Counted from the stretch's first letter, positions 44,716 through 60,135 are shown. The stretch is DNA of 64,000 nt from Octopus vulgaris (GCA_951406725.2 OX597830.1:9362001-9426000), one strand, 5' to 3'. Made by a program: numbers and translations. The notes: generated by a model not told the origin, from the letters alone.

Positions 44716-44761
44716 TATATATATGTATATATATATATATGTATGTATATATATATATATG

Positions 44762-44822
<61 letters not shown>

Positions 44823-44841
44823 ATGTATGTATGTATGTAGG

Positions 44842-44947
<106 letters not shown>

Positions 44948-45531
44948 CACTGACAACTTTCTGTACCTGATTCTGTAAATATTGTTCTTTATGCCATTGG
45001 ACGGTTGGTGATGGAAACACCATTCTGCTATCAAATTAATCTTGTCTCTTCGCTAACTTTGATTTGTATCTTCTTCGAAATCATTAAGGCCAATAATTAA
45101 TTCCCCCTCTTTCTTTGTGATTGATTGATTGGCGGATAAGAATTAAGCTTATGGTTTTCCAGTGTGAAGTATGGTTTTTAATTTCTTGGGTTATCCGTTC
45201 TCTCTTCAATCGCAATCTAACCAATCCTTACGCTTCCCCGTTGATTAAGTTGTGTATGTTGAAGTTTGCATTTTTATGTTATTTCTTTATGCCGTTCTAT
45301 GACTCTTTGAAATATATTCTTCTACTCGTGTATTCTTTTACTTGTGTCAGTCAGTTGACTGCGGCCACGCTGGAGCACCGGCTTTAGTCGAACAAATCAA
45401 CCCTAGGACTTATTCTTTGTAAACCAAGTACTTATTCTATCGGTTCTTTGGCCAAACCACAAAGTTACGGCGACGCAAACACACAAAAATCAGTTGTCAA
45501 GCGATGGTGGAACAAACACAGACATACAAAT

Positions 45532-45564
<33 letters not shown>

Positions 45565-45927
45565 CATATATATTTATGCATATAATTTCAATACGGAGCT
45601 AATAATTTACGGAAAAATATTTTGCGATGGTTGCATTAACTCTGCTATTATCTAGTGTAACAGTTTCCTTCCCAGAACCTCAACTCCTTGGAATTTTCAT
45701 TCTGCTCGTCTATTGATTTTGATACGGTCAAGAAGAAATTTAATGGCATCAATCTCACATGTCTGGAAATGTTTCCTAGGAGCATAGGTATTAATCCTTA
45801 CACCAAATCCTACGACTAAGAAAATATGAAAAAAAAGTTAATCCAAATTATCAGAGATGTGTAAAAGATTGGATCCTTCAACTGTTTCATGCACCTTAAT
45901 TTTGGTTCTTGTTTCATGTAATTATAT

Positions 45928-46158
45928 TACTTTATTGCCCACAAGGGGCTAAACACAGAGAGGACAAACAAGGACAGACAAACGGATTAAGTCGATTATA
46001 TCGACCCCAGTGCGTAACTGGTACTTATTTAATCGATCCCGAAAGGATGAAAGGCAAAGTCGACCTCGGCGGAATTTGAACTCAGAACATAGCGGCAGAC
46101 GAAATACCGCTAAGCATTTCGCCCGGCGTGCTAACGGTTCTGCCAGCTCGCCGCCTTA
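45928..46158 (-). mobile_element. Meta/MESC-core SINE
   Basis: Near-consensus copy. Confidence 0.9.
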
Positions 46159-46597
46159 TTTCAGGTAATTAACCTCACCTGTCCGCCCTCTCAAGACGGC
46201 CAGAAGTTATGCTGTCACATTTTATTCGATGCTGGAATTGTCCATCGATTTCTGCCTTCTGTAATTGATGAATACAAATATATTCGGAGCCCTCTGTATT
46301 TTCTATCATCTGTGCAAGTTCATAAAATGGCTGGACCCGGATTCAGCTCATTTGTTGATGCAAGAACTTCGTTTAATTATGCCAAGATCATTCTCAGACA
46401 TGCCTAAAAGGAAATTGCCAGTAATTTCTTGGAGTTCTACTTAAGAAGCATTGTTTGATTTACATGGAAACTGAAGTTTAGTTACCGATGGTTTTGGTTG
46501 TTTTAATACGGATTCTACCAAATTTACATAGCTCAGTATTTGTACTGTCCGTATAATATATCGTATCGTATCATATCATATCATAACTTACTTATTA

Positions 46598-46827
46598 CTT
46601 CTTTATTGCCCACAAGGGGCTAAACATAGAGGGGACAAACAAGGACAGACAAAAGAATTAAGTCGATTACATCGACCCCAGTGCGTAACTGGTTCTTAAT
46701 TTATCGACCCCGAAAGGATGAAAGGCAAAGTCGACCTCGGTGGAATTTGAACTCAGCGCGTAGTGGCAAACGAAATACCGCTAAGCATTTCGCCCGGCGT
46801 GCTAAGGTTCCTGCCAGCTTGCCGCCA
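46598..46827 (-). mobile_element. Meta/MESC-core SINE
   Basis: Near-consensus copy. Confidence 0.9.
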
Positions 46828-46847
46828 TATCATATCATATCATATCA

Positions 46848-47008
<161 letters not shown>

Positions 47009-47042
47009 GACTCTCTGTCTCATTGTGTATCCATCCACATGA

Positions 47043-47317
47043 TCGACTCTCCCGTCGAAGACAATAGATGATTGTTCAGCTTTTGCTGAGCGACCCGCGC
47101 AAATGATTTGTTTATTGTGATGAAATGTATGCGCTGTAGATTAGCTCCATCCCTCCCCCCCACCACCAAATCGACGTTACCTGAACAAGTGCATTGAGTA
47201 TGATTGCAGAGCAACGCGACATGAACTGCTTTCCTCAAGAAGACAACGTACCACCCGGTCTAAGAATTAAAACCGCGATCTCGCGATTGGAAGTGCAATA
47301 TCCTAACCATTCGGCCA
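47043..47317 (-). mobile_element. degenerate tRNA-derived SINE
   Basis: Minus-strand head tggccgaatggttagg..ggttttaattc followed by CORE-like ttcttgaggaaagca. Confidence 0.55.
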
Positions 47318-47763
47318 ATTACTTTTACAAAACGAAGTGCGACCGAGACTACGAAATTTCGGCCTGCTAGCCTTCGTCACGTTTCTTTTCTTTTTAGAAG
47401 TATAATAAATTTATGCTTCACAAAATGTATTGAGTAATTCTTCAGTTTTATGCCAAATTGCTTTTCATACAACAGGACGGGAAGCTGGCAGAATCCATGG
47501 TATGTGGTAGTATGCCGGAAAAAATTCTTAGCGGCATTTCTTCCGGTTTTATGTTCTGAGGGCAAATTCCACCAAGTTCGACTTTACTTTTAGTCCTTTC
47601 GGGTGCGATAAAATAAGTACCAGTCATGTACTGGGGTCGATGTAATCGACTAGTAACCTTTTCAAACAAAAATAAAACAAAAAACAAAAACAAACACAAC
47701 TGGCCTTGTGCAAAAATTTGAAACTATCAATATAACTGTAAATGTGTGTATATATTTACAAGT

Positions 47764-47820
<57 letters not shown>

Positions 47821-47842
47821 GACACACACACACACACACATA

Positions 47843-48352
47843 CAGGCGCAGGAGTGGTTACTTGGTAATAAGCTTCCTTCCGAACCAGATGGTTCCGGGT
47901 TCAGTCTTACTATGTGACACCTTGGGCTTCTACTTTCGCTTCAGGCCGACCAAAATGTTATGGGTACATTTGATAGACGAAACTGAATGATGCCCGTCAT
48001 ATATATAATATAAATAATATATATATGTATGTATATATATATATATTTATATATATATATAGGTACAGGATGTCACCAACTGTGTAAACAACATGAAATA
48101 CGAAAATATACGAGTTAAATACGCAAACAACGAGAGAAAAGAATGGAAAACTTGATACTTAAACACAGAGAACGATCCTTCATCAGTTGTCGGCTGTCTA
48201 TCTACTTCTCATTTCGAGCATTCAACGAGAATATGAGTCTTCAAAGACAGTTACTCCCGTAAATTCCAAAGTAAAATTTGAGATTTATGGAGGGTCAAAG
48301 TTGGGAACAAAAACAGGACATTGGAGACATACACAAGGAAACCGAATACATA

Positions 48353-48410
<58 letters not shown>

Positions 48411-48680
48411 CGTGTGTGTGTGTACGTGTGTGTGTGTGTGTGTGCATGTGTGTGTGTGTGCATGTGTGTGTGTGTGTGTATCTGTATTTATCCCCCACCC
48501 CAAATCGCTTGACAACGGATGTTGGTGTGTTTATGTCCCCGTAACTTAACGGCTCGGCAAAAGAAACCGATAGAATAAGTACTACGTTTACAAACGAATA
48601 AGTTCTGGGGATCGATTTGTTCGACTGAAGGCCGTGCTCCAGCATGGCTACAGTCAAATGACCGAAACAAGGAAAAGAAT
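47843..48680 (+). mobile_element. CORE-type SINE split by an insertion (48060-48345) in its internal (TA)n
   Basis: Head 47843-48000 and tail 48480-48680. Confidence 0.75.
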
Positions 48681-49049
48681 AACGGAATATGCGCAACGGT
48701 ACGGATATGTAGAACGTCGGGTGATTGTCTTAGAACCTGTTGTGTGACATGTGCGATACTCGCTCCCTCTGTCAGCGTACTGTGTTCAAATCACAACGTG
48801 GCCATCTTTACTTTTGTTTGTTTCAGGGTCCATAAATACGATACTAGTCAAGTAGGCCAATCAAGTCTTCATTTTCTCTTTCTTCTACCCACCCACAAGC
48901 AATTTTCAAGAAATAGGTTGAAAAGAAGTTTAAATTGAGCAAGACAGGCCATATGTCACACCAGCGCCGCAACGACTCCATCACGAGTAAAGGACCTAAG
49001 GCATGGAAAAAGCGAATGTGTGTACGCATGTATGTATACAGTAAACATA

Positions 49050-49450
49050 GACACAACACACACACACACGCAGACACACGCACACGCACACACAAACACA
49101 CACACACACACACGTGCAGACACACACATACACACATGTATATGCCGGCATGCAATATTTAAGAGACACACATACACACACAGATGTACAAACACATACA
49201 CATTACACACACACACACGCAGACAGACGCACACACACACACGTACAGACACACACATACACACATGTATATGCCGGCATGCAATATTTAAGAGAAACAC
49301 ATACACACACAGATGTACAAACACATACACATTACACACACACAAACACACACACACACGCAGACACACGCACACACACACACACATGTACAGACACACA
49401 CATACACACACGTATTTGCCGGCATGCAATATTTAACAGAGACACACAGA
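49050..49450. repeat. ~130-150 bp CA-rich tandem repeat, 3 copies
   Basis: Unique marker tgccggcatgcaatatttaa occurs three times. Confidence 0.9.
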
Positions 49451-50495
49451 CACAAAACACACATGCGCAGAGCTCCTTCTCTCTTCTCTTCACCTCTACC
49501 CACCTTCTCCCTTCCTCCTTCATCGTCACCTCTCCCTCGTAAGACCCCCCTACACAATCCAACTCCACCTTCCCTATCCATCCCACCCCACCCCATGCCT
49601 TACACCCACTCCCACATGCCCCACCTCTATCCCCACCCCCAGCCTACCCACATACCCCACCCCTACCCCACCCTCAACTTACCCACACTTCACCCTTGTT
49701 TTCCCCGCTCTCATCTCCCCCACCTCCCAACACCATCACACTACACCACACACCACTACACCACCATATCACACACCACATCACATCACACCACCACGGA
49801 CACACTAGCACTGACCACTTTCCAGCCCCATATCTTCACACCTACACATACACATACGCACACGTCAAGGTCACCAGCCCTCTTCCACACGCACATACAT
49901 ACTCTCTTATACACACGCACAAGCACATTCGTTTTGGGATCACCACTACTTTATTATCTCCCCTTCTTCCTAGCTCTCCTGTGTGACCCCTCTCTCCGGC
50001 ATTCGCCATGATAGATCGCGAGCCACTACACATTCTTTATTTTCTCTTCTTGTTTCTTTCTGTGTTCCTTTTTGTGGAAGAGCATAGGCTCGAAACGTTG
50101 AAGACTTTTCAATTCCCGAGCGTTAATCTAATACACCTGTTTGTTGTCTACGCCACCTGCCTTCGTCTTTTGTTTTTTTTTGTGAATTCTTCCCATACAC
50201 ACTCATATACAATCACATACGTACACAGACACGCACACAGGCACACACATATATAAACGCATACACACATAAATCGTAGTATTGTTATTTCTTATGTTAC
50301 GTAATTGTCAAAAGTGAAAGTGCGCGTGTGTGTGCGTATATATATATATATGTATGTGTTTATATGTGTGTGGATTGGCGCGTGCATGTATGATTCTATT
50401 TCTATATGGGTGTATAAGTCTGTAAGAGCATCTGTGTGTATGGATGTTATGTAAAAATTGTTATATCAATTGCCTGCATATGTATACATGAACAA

Positions 50496-50531
<36 letters not shown>

Positions 50532-50719
50532 CAGTATTCGCATGTGATGTAATATATGTGTTTGTGTGTACGTAAAAGCACACTTGTATACATGCATGTG
50601 TGCCTTGAGAAGCGCACTGGTTCAATTATTGTTTTTGTGTGTGTGTATGTGCACGCATGTGTTTATGTGTGCGTGCCTGCGCGTATGTGCTTGTTTGCCT
50701 GTTTGTTTCTTTCTTTGTT

Positions 50720-50752
<33 letters not shown>

Positions 50753-50962
50753 GTTGTGTGTGTGTGTGTTTGTGTGTAAGTTACCGAATGTGTGCATGTG
50801 TAGGTAGGAGTGGGTGTTTTTTCGTACAACCGAATGTCGGTGTGTTCGTGTAAACATACCTGTTTGTGTCACATCGATGAATGAGACTGGTGATTATCTA
50901 TCTATCTATCTTTATACATCCACTTGATATATATACATATATATATATATAGTCATCAAATT

Positions 50963-51000
<38 letters not shown>

Positions 51001-51010
<10 letters not shown>

Positions 51011-51372
51011 GTATGTACATATATACTTATATGTATATATAAGTCTATATATATTTATATATATGTATATGTAGGTCCCTTGAGTCGGGTTAACCACAGT
51101 AAATAAGGTACTCAATACATAGCAGAGTAAATTAATTTATTTTATAGAAGGAGTTTACAGGACTAGAACTGTTTCATTCAAATATTTGAATGAAACAGTT
51201 CTAGTCCTGTAGAAGCTCCTTCTATAAAATAAATTAATTTACTCTGCTATGTATTGAGTACCTTATTTACTGTGGTTAACCCCGACTCAACCCGGGACCT
51301 ACATATACATATATATAAATATATATAGACTTATATATACATATATGTATATATGTACATACATATACATAT
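51001..51372. repeat. near-perfect loop-less palindrome centred at 51183/51184
   Basis: ..ggactagaactgtttcattcaaat|atttgaatgaaacagttctagtcc..; symmetry extends into the flanking microsatellite. Confidence 0.93.
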
Positions 51373-51520
51373 GTGTACATATATATATATATATATATTA
51401 TATATTATATATAATATATACATAAACAAACACACACAAACACACATATCAACAGCACACACACATACACGCGCTGAAAGACTGAGTGAAAGAATACGGG
51501 AGTGAATATGAGAGAGGAAA

Positions 51521-51593
<73 letters not shown>

Positions 51594-52074
51594 GGAGAGA
51601 TTGAAAGAGAGAGAAATAAAGTGAGGGAGAGATAACAGATGTTGTTTCGGCACCATATGCATGTGAAGATAACATCCACTACGCACACACACACACACAC
51701 ATACACTCACGCACGCACACACGCATAAATACGCACACTCATACACATATACGCACACGTGCACGCACACACACACGCATATGTGGTAGGGACGGATCCA
51801 ACGTCACTATCGACGAGGAGCAATGTATTTTGTTAATCTAATACAAACGGCCGAGACTTCTACGGACACGTGTTGTGGTAACGTAACCGGGAAGTTGAAT
51901 CAAAATGGCACGATGCGTCAGAAACAGCTTTTCACTCACGCATACTCTCTCTCTCTCATACACACACACACACACAGCTACGGGAGCACACACACACACA
52001 TATAGCAAGAGACACAGGGGCACATGCACAAAGATGTACATACATACACACACATGTTCTTTTATTCTTTTATT

Positions 52075-52440
52075 CATTAAACTCGTTTCAGTCATCTGAC
52101 TGCGGCCATGCTGGAGCACCGCCTTTAGTCGAGCAAATCGACCCCGGGACTTATTCTTTGTGAGCCCAGTACTTATTCTATCCTTTTATTTTGCCGAACC
52201 GCTAGGTTGCAGGGACGTAAACACAGCTGGGGAACAAACACACAAACATACAAACACATACACACACATACGACGGGCTTCTTTCAGTTTCCTTCTACCA
52301 AATCCACTCACAAGACTTAGGTAGGGTTCGACCCGAGGCTGTAGTAGAAGACACTTGCCCAAAGTGCCAAGCAGTGGGACTGAACCCGGAGCCATGTGGT
52401 TGGGAAGCAAGCTACTTACCACACAGCCACGCCTGCCCCA
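52075..52440 (-). mobile_element. CORE-type SINE, full length
   Basis: Family match. Confidence 0.85.
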
Positions 52441-52489
52441 ATATATATACATACACATATTAATTCACACACACACACATATATATATG

Positions 52490-52531
<42 letters not shown>

Positions 52532-52541
52532 CATATATATA

Positions 52542-52593
<52 letters not shown>

Positions 52594-53504
52594 ATGTACA
52601 AATATAGACACATAAGCACACGCTCACACTTATACACACACACGCGCGTATATACATGCGCACGCACATGTAGTTATATATATATATTATGTGTGTGTGT
52701 GTGACGCGTGCTAGCACATTCTAACGCACACACACACACACACATGCTCACACACTCATACGCATACCTAGACGCGTATGATGTGACCACTTGACGGAGT
52801 CGTTAAGGAATCAGATAAATTGCTTATCCCTAATCGTTCCAACTCCCTATGCTCTGCGTTCAAACCCTACCGAAGTTATCTTTGCATTTTATATGATCGG
52901 GGTTCGATAAATAAAGCGGTATTCCTGTAGTAGACTTGGTTCTTCTCCCCCCATTTTGTTTTGTCTGTGCGGCATCGTCTTCTCGCAGAAAATCGGTGTT
53001 GGTCAAACAGGACTGGATGGGCACCAACAGGTGGAAAAAAAAATTTGTAAGACATGCCTGATTTCATGAAGGCGTCCCTAAGATACCACTAAAGGTTTAA
53101 AGGCACAATCAATGAAAATATAAGCACGTGTATACACACACACACACACATACACACACTTTGTCCCTTTCTCACACACACACACGTACACACATACCGA
53201 AAGATGCAAAAGAACACACACACATACAGGCATATATGTATATATTCCTACATACGGAATCATAGACAGACACTCTATCTGACATGGTTCAGCACAGTTT
53301 CCGTCTTTAAACTGTGGCTGATCTAAATAAAGTGTAAATCATATTCGCCCCATGGGTTCGAAACCGGGAACTAGTAGTTGCGAAGCGAATTCCTTAACCA
53401 CCTTCCCGCCCCACATATACGTCTACATACGCACATGCAAGCATTGGACACACATTCGTGTATATGTGTGTGTGTGTACGTGTGTCTATCAATTTGCCTA
53501 TCTA

Positions 53505-53671
53505 CATCTTTAATCTGTTTAAGGGATTAGACTGCTGCCATGCTGGAGCAGCACCTTACAGAATGGTAACCGAGGGAATCGACCCCAGTGCATATTTTTT
53601 ACGCCTGTTACTTAATTTATGGATATCTTTTGTCGAATCGCTAAGTCACTAGTTGTCAAGTGGTAGTAGCG

Positions 53672-53715
<44 letters not shown>

Positions 53716-53878
53716 TATATACGCGGGCTTCTTTCAGTATCCTTCCACCAAATCCACTGACAAGGCTTTGGTCGGCCCGGGGCTATAGCAGAAAACACTT
53801 GTGAAAGTTTCCACGCAATAGGACTGAACCCAGAACTATGTGGTTGGGAAGCAAGCTGCTTACCACACAGCCACGCTG
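53505..53878 (-). mobile_element. CORE-type SINE
   Basis: Family match with degenerate tail. Confidence 0.8.
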
Positions 53879-53884
53879 TATATA

Positions 53885-54243
53885 TCATGGCACTCCGTCG
53901 GTTGCGACGACGAGGGTTCCAGTTGATCCGATCAACGGAACAGCCTGTTCGTGAAATTAACGTGCAAGTGGCTGAGCACTCCACAGACACGTGTATCTTT
54001 AACGTAGTTCTCGGGAGATTCAGCGTGACACGGGGTGTGACGAGGCTGGCCCTTTGAAATACAGGTACAACAGAAAGAGAGAAAGTTGTGGTGAAAGAGT
54101 ACAGCAGGGTTTGCCACCCCACCCCTTGCTGGAGCGTCGTGGAGCTTTAAGTGTTTTCGCTCAATAAACACTTACAACGCCCGGTTTGGGAATCGAAACC
54201 GCCATCCTACGACCACAAATCCGCTGCCTTAACAACTGGGCCA
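53885..54243 (-). mobile_element. tRNA-derived SINE sharing its head with 42560 but with a different tail
   Basis: gtgtttattga.c.aaaacac.taaagctccacga.gctcc.gca is shared; the sequences diverge after caactttctctc. Confidence 0.8.
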
Positions 54244-54261
54244 TTGCAATCCATATGCACG

Positions 54262-54302
<41 letters not shown>

Positions 54303-54342
54303 GCATATGTGCGTGTGTGTGTGTGTGTGTATGTGTGTGCGT

Positions 54343-54384
<42 letters not shown>

Positions 54385-54893
54385 ACTAACAGACGCTGAG
54401 AGAAAGAGAGAGAGAGAGAGAAGGGGAGAATATATTTAAAAACGAAAAAGAAAAACAGAAAAAAATGGAAGAAAATGGGGGAGGGGCGTTAGATAATATG
54501 GGTTTGGGGAGATACTGTGTGTGTGTGTGTGTGTATATATGTGTGTGTACATGTGTATGCATGTGTGTGGATGTGTGTGTTCGTGCGTGCGCCACTATTA
54601 CGAACCGGTATGTGTGAGTGTGTCTGTGTGTGTGAAATGTATGTGACTGTTACGAATGTGTTCGTGTGTTTGCGCAACAAAAGTTTCAATGTCAATGCGC
54701 GCGCGCGCACTGGCATGTGTGTGCTTGTGTGTGTCTGTGTGTGTGTGTTTCTATGTCTGCGACTGTGTGTGTCTGTGTGTGTGTGTGTGTACGCGTGTTT
54801 TTGTGCTTACTAGACGCATACGAGCAACACACACCGAGAATGCACACGTATGCACACACAGAAAGGGACACACACTCACACGCATACGTAAAA

Positions 54894-54941
<48 letters not shown>

Positions 54942-55136
54942 GATAGAGAGATGTATGCATATGTATGTATCTGTATATGTGCATGTGTGTGTGCATGTGT
55001 GCGTGTGCATATGTGAGTGCGCGTGTGTGTATGTATATATATATATATATATCTACGTATATGTATACTTATGTGGATGCTATATACGTGTACGCGATCC
55101 AGAGTGTGTGCGTGTAGTTATCTACCTATCTATCTT

Positions 55137-55250
<114 letters not shown>

Positions 55251-55267
55251 AATCTATCTATCTATCA

Positions 55268-55303
<36 letters not shown>

Positions 55304-56094
55304 GGCCATGCATGCATACATACATACATACATATATACATAATTACATACGTGCACACGTTTTGCGCTGGTTGTGTATATATACACGCATACACACTTG
55401 TATGTATAATTACGACTCTCACAAGTGCGTGTAGGTGTCAGCACATATCCGAGCGCGGGCATGTGAGAGTGTGTAGGTGTGTGTACGCGTGTGTGTGTTT
55501 GTGTGTAAGTGTGTGTGTGCGTGTGCATGCGTGTGTATTTATGTGTGATTGTGTTTTGACTGTGTTTATGCTATGTGTGTGTTGAGCGTGCGAACATGCC
55601 GCAATGACAGTTTTAGTGAATTATACGAGCGCCTGTGTGTATATTAAAGTTTCAGTCTCGTTGTGTATACGCGTAAACTTACTGCGTTTACTAAATATAT
55701 TTCTGATATATGTGTGTATGTGTGTGTATGTGTGTGTGTGTGTGTTTTCCCATGGTCACACACACGCACATACATATAGAAATACATACTTACATACGTA
55801 CATACACACACTCATATCCACTCACGCGCTTACACACACACATGTATATTTATATACAAACATGCATATACGTTCACAAATGTGTGTACGTGTATTACGT
55901 GTATTAAAATGCATATACGCATACTTTATACATACATGTAGCATATATATGCACACGGACCCACGTGTACACATACACACCCACTCACACACACACACAC
56001 ACACACACCTACATTTGTGAACACTTTCGTACGTGTATGCGTGTGTGTTGATGTAATATATGTATGGGTGTAAGAACGCATAATCTATTTAACG

Positions 56095-56169
<75 letters not shown>

Positions 56170-56256
56170 TCCATACATACACGTAATATAAATATCCCAA
56201 GAGTCTAAAGCAGTCGTGTTCCCCCGAATTCCAACAAGGCTTCTTCATACTTCAAT

Positions 56257-56297
56257 CTGATTGGTCAGTAAGCCAAGTGACGTTTGATGACGTATCT
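56257..56297. promoter_or_regulatory. CCAAT box plus two CRE-like (TGACGT) motifs
   Basis: ctgATTGGtcag..gTGACGTttgaTGACGTat in a unique island; motif evidence only. Confidence 0.3.
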
Positions 56298-56338
56298 AAT
56301 TTCTTTTTTTCTTTTTACTTACTCTCCTCTCTACGACG

Positions 56339-56371
<33 letters not shown>

Positions 56372-56897
56372 TTTCCTATTATTATTATTGTTATTATTAT
56401 TATTATTACTATTACTATTTTGTAGTGTCTCTGTACCAAATGGGCAACGTTCTCACTGTTGTATCTCACTCGACCTGGTGGCGTTTGCCGAGGTGGTTGC
56501 AGTTCTTATCTGCAAAGGCGACCACCTTGTTACGAAACTATAGTATATCTATATATACACATACATATTATATACATTTATGTATATGTGTATATAGATA
56601 TATGTATATATATATTTATACACAAACACACACATATATATACTTACATATATATATATATATTTATATTTCATGTTATTTATCTATATATATATGAAAA
56701 TATAAATATATAAATATATAGATATATATATATTCATAAGCACAGATATATTATATATCTCTACATATATATATATATATCATATAATACTATATATATA
56801 TATATATATATGTATGTACATATATATATACACACACACATATACACATTTATCACACTTGTTGGCGTGGAGTATATATAATAATCCAAGGATTTAC

Positions 56898-56948
56898 CTC
56901 GTTTTCTGTCGGCTTCGCTGAATGCATTCTCGGCCTCAGCATAGGATT
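56898..56948 (-). CDS. candidate 51-nt exon (phase 1: xSYAEAENAFSEADRKRx; phase 0 is also open)
   Basis: ttaac branch-like motif, acceptor ..ctccttgatactgttAG, donor GAG|GTAAAT. GC-richer unique island among microsatellites. Confidence 0.35.
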
Positions 56949-57467
56949 CTAACAGTATCAAGGAGCACAGTTAACAGTAATTCTCACAGAGGGGCATACA
57001 AGCCACAGCTGCAGCATTATCACAATCACTCGCGCATAAATACACATGCGTGCATAAATATATATATATATATATACATTTATATATATATAACATATAC
57101 ACGAACGCACTTTTCCATTACTATTTTCTTATTTTATTTTATTTTATATCTTCTCATCGTTACCCCTAAAAAAATAACATACGTAAGTATATATATATAT
57201 ATTACATATTATATATATATATTTTTATATATACATATTCTTTATATCTGATTTGTTTTTTCTTTCTCTTTCTTTCTTCTCTCTCTCTCTCTTTCTCCCT
57301 CCCGATTACATTTCACAGTTATACATGCTCGTCAAAAAAATAATTTATATATTTAAAAAAAAAAAGGAAAAAAAAAAAAGATTATACACGCAGCAGAAAG
57401 TTTTCTTCCCTATTTATGTTATATTGTGCAAGCATGCATTTACATACAAACATGTATACATTTGCAC

Positions 57468-57509
<42 letters not shown>

Positions 57510-57954
57510 GTGCATGCATGCATACATATATATATATATATATATATGTATGTATATATAAGAAATTTGACGTATAAAATGTGGGATCTGGGTGGGAAAG
57601 AAGAGGGAAAGAAAGACGCTTAGCATGTAATTACGTAATCATAGCGAGACACACTGACACACATACGTGCATGTCACACGCGCGTCCACACACACGCGCA
57701 CATACACATGTATCTATTACGTGATTTACTTTCATATATATATATATGCATATATTTATATATATATATATATATATGCATACACATACACACACACACA
57801 TATATATATATATGCATACACATACACACATACACACATGGACACATATACACAAACACATACGTATATCTGTTACTACACATGTCTATTCGATTGGCTC
57901 TTACAACTTGCAACTCAGTAATATATTTTTGCTTCTACAGCAAAACGGTTTGTG

Positions 57955-57990
<36 letters not shown>

Positions 57991-59289
57991 CGTGTGTGGT
58001 CAGTGCGTGACTGCGTGCGTGCGTGTGCGTGTGTGTGAGAGAGAGGGAGAGAGAAAGAGAGAGAAAGTGAAAGGGATCCAGTCAGAGAGAATGATAGGGA
58101 TGAAGAAAAAATCAAAACTTTGAGAAAAAAGGTAGAACCACTATGCAAAACCGTATACAGGTTTCGTGTGTATATATATATACAAACGCACATAATGTTT
58201 GATCTGGAGCGGGGGTCAGTGGTTGCAAGGAAGGCTTTCAGTCGATTTTTCACCCTATATTACGCATGTTACTCGTACTTTTTATATTTCTCCCTGGGAT
58301 TTGAACTCTTCACCTATTTGCACAAAAATAGTTTTCAAATATCGTTGATTAATTCTATATATGATTGAAGTATATATCTAGTATTGTTCTAAAACCATTT
58401 TTGAAGAATATAACCGTAACGTCTCGCCTCCTTAGTCTTCTAAATATTCGGTTCCAAGACGTGTAACCCAGAAGCACAGCATTCAGCTTAGGTTTCATCT
58501 AGTCCTACACATGCCTACTGGCTCCACAACCACCTTGCGCCGCCTTCACTATGCAAACAGGCATTTCTGTTCTGGGATGTGTTAGCCTCAATGTGGTTGT
58601 GTGTACTTCAAGAAATAGTAGCTAAAACTACCTTCAAATCGTGCCGTGTCGTCACAGTTGAGTGGAGGATGGGCGTTACGTAATCTTGTTCCAGTACTAG
58701 ATAAGCCAGCGAAAAATTTCGGGCGGATGGTCATCGGTGAATTGACTTTGAACAATAGGCCTGCTGGATCTAAGATGATCCAGGGGTTAAACAACAACAT
58801 CAACAACAACAACAAACACAACAACAGGAATACCACCACCACCGCCGCTACCAGCAGTAGTTGCATCACCTTGTATCAACAACAACAACAACCACAAAAA
58901 CAAAGATATACCCATTACTCTAACACTTGCATAATGTGATCGGGTTTACTCCACCCGGGGTACCCGGTTTAAATGATTGTCATAGAATGATTCTGTTACT
59001 TTGCGTTCGAATCCCAGCTGGAATTGATTCGGTGGTCTTTACTTCTTCCTGTGTCGTATAGATACCAGTAATACACCATGTCATCTAATTTAATTAATGA
59101 AAAGAAAAAAAAATATGCTTAGTTAGCTTCAATTCATACATAGAATTATTTGCCTTCATTCACACCAATTGACATCATAAGGAAAGGCATGAATACCACT
59201 GCTTCATATTAAGGCTATCCACACACACACATATATATATATAAATATGTATATGTATATGTATATATACATATATATATATATACATG

Positions 59290-59330
<41 letters not shown>

Positions 59331-59902
59331 ATATGTATACACACATATATACATGTATGTATTTATGTATGTATACACACACTTGTATGCAGTGGGTATG
59401 TAGGAAATATAGTATTTTATAGTAGTGAGTGGGGTGTTTCGAAAGGTGTTTAGGCGTGCTGAGTGACAAGTAGTTCAACAGGTGGCTCATCAGTGTTTGA
59501 CAATTAGGGGACAATTTAGAGCCCTACATGTGACAAGGAGTGATGTTTAAGGGTGTGTGTGAGAAACAAGTGTTGACCAGTGAGCGGCCACTCGGTGACC
59601 GCTGTCCGGTTTAGTGCATAACATATGGAGATCATTGAATAATAGTATACGGTGGTGGTCAGTTGGTCGTCTATCAGGGGAGCAGGCGGTGTTGTGTTCC
59701 AACCGTGACCATTTCATCTTTTTCCCCTATCAAGCACCATCTTATTCAACGTGTCTATTTTCTAAGTTAGTTTGGTTTGACTTGAGGGTGACTTGGTAGC
59801 TGTTTCTAACAGGTCTGACCACAACAATGCACCTTTTGTGTGGAATGGTGGTGACCAGAGTGGTGTCTATGATGTAAATGTGAGTGACCAGTGTGACTGA
59901 AG

Positions 59903-60135
59903 ATACGTGGCCTAGTGGTAGTGTGATGCTCTCACAATCGTAAGGTCGTGGTTTCGATTCACGCACTGGCCATGCATTGTGTTCTTGAGTAAAACATCAT
60001 TTTCACGTTATTCAGCTGTAAATGAGTAACCCTGTGAAGGATTAGCGTCCCGTCCCAGAGGAATATTTTAATCTTGGTCGCTTATAGGCCATGGAAACTG
60101 GGTAACCGGCCCGAAGAGTCCTAGAACTCGAGACA
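59903..60135 (+). mobile_element. tRNA-derived SINE with CORE-like and V-like segments
   Basis: Head tggcctagtgg..ggtttcgattc, then tgtgttcttgagtaaaaca, then accctgtgaaggattagcgtcccgtcc. Confidence 0.6.

Noticed and set aside
52990-53046. Plus-strand mini-exon (cgcAG..GTAAG)
   Set aside because: Weak donor context, length not a clear fit with any partner exon, and no recognisable peptide.
56898-56948. EF-hand assignment for AFSEADRKR
   Set aside because: Loop position 3 is non-canonical and no following exon supplying DG..E was found in the window.
59430-59500. Minus-strand CTGATGA..GAAAC pair
   Set aside because: No stem II pairing and no NUH or stem I.
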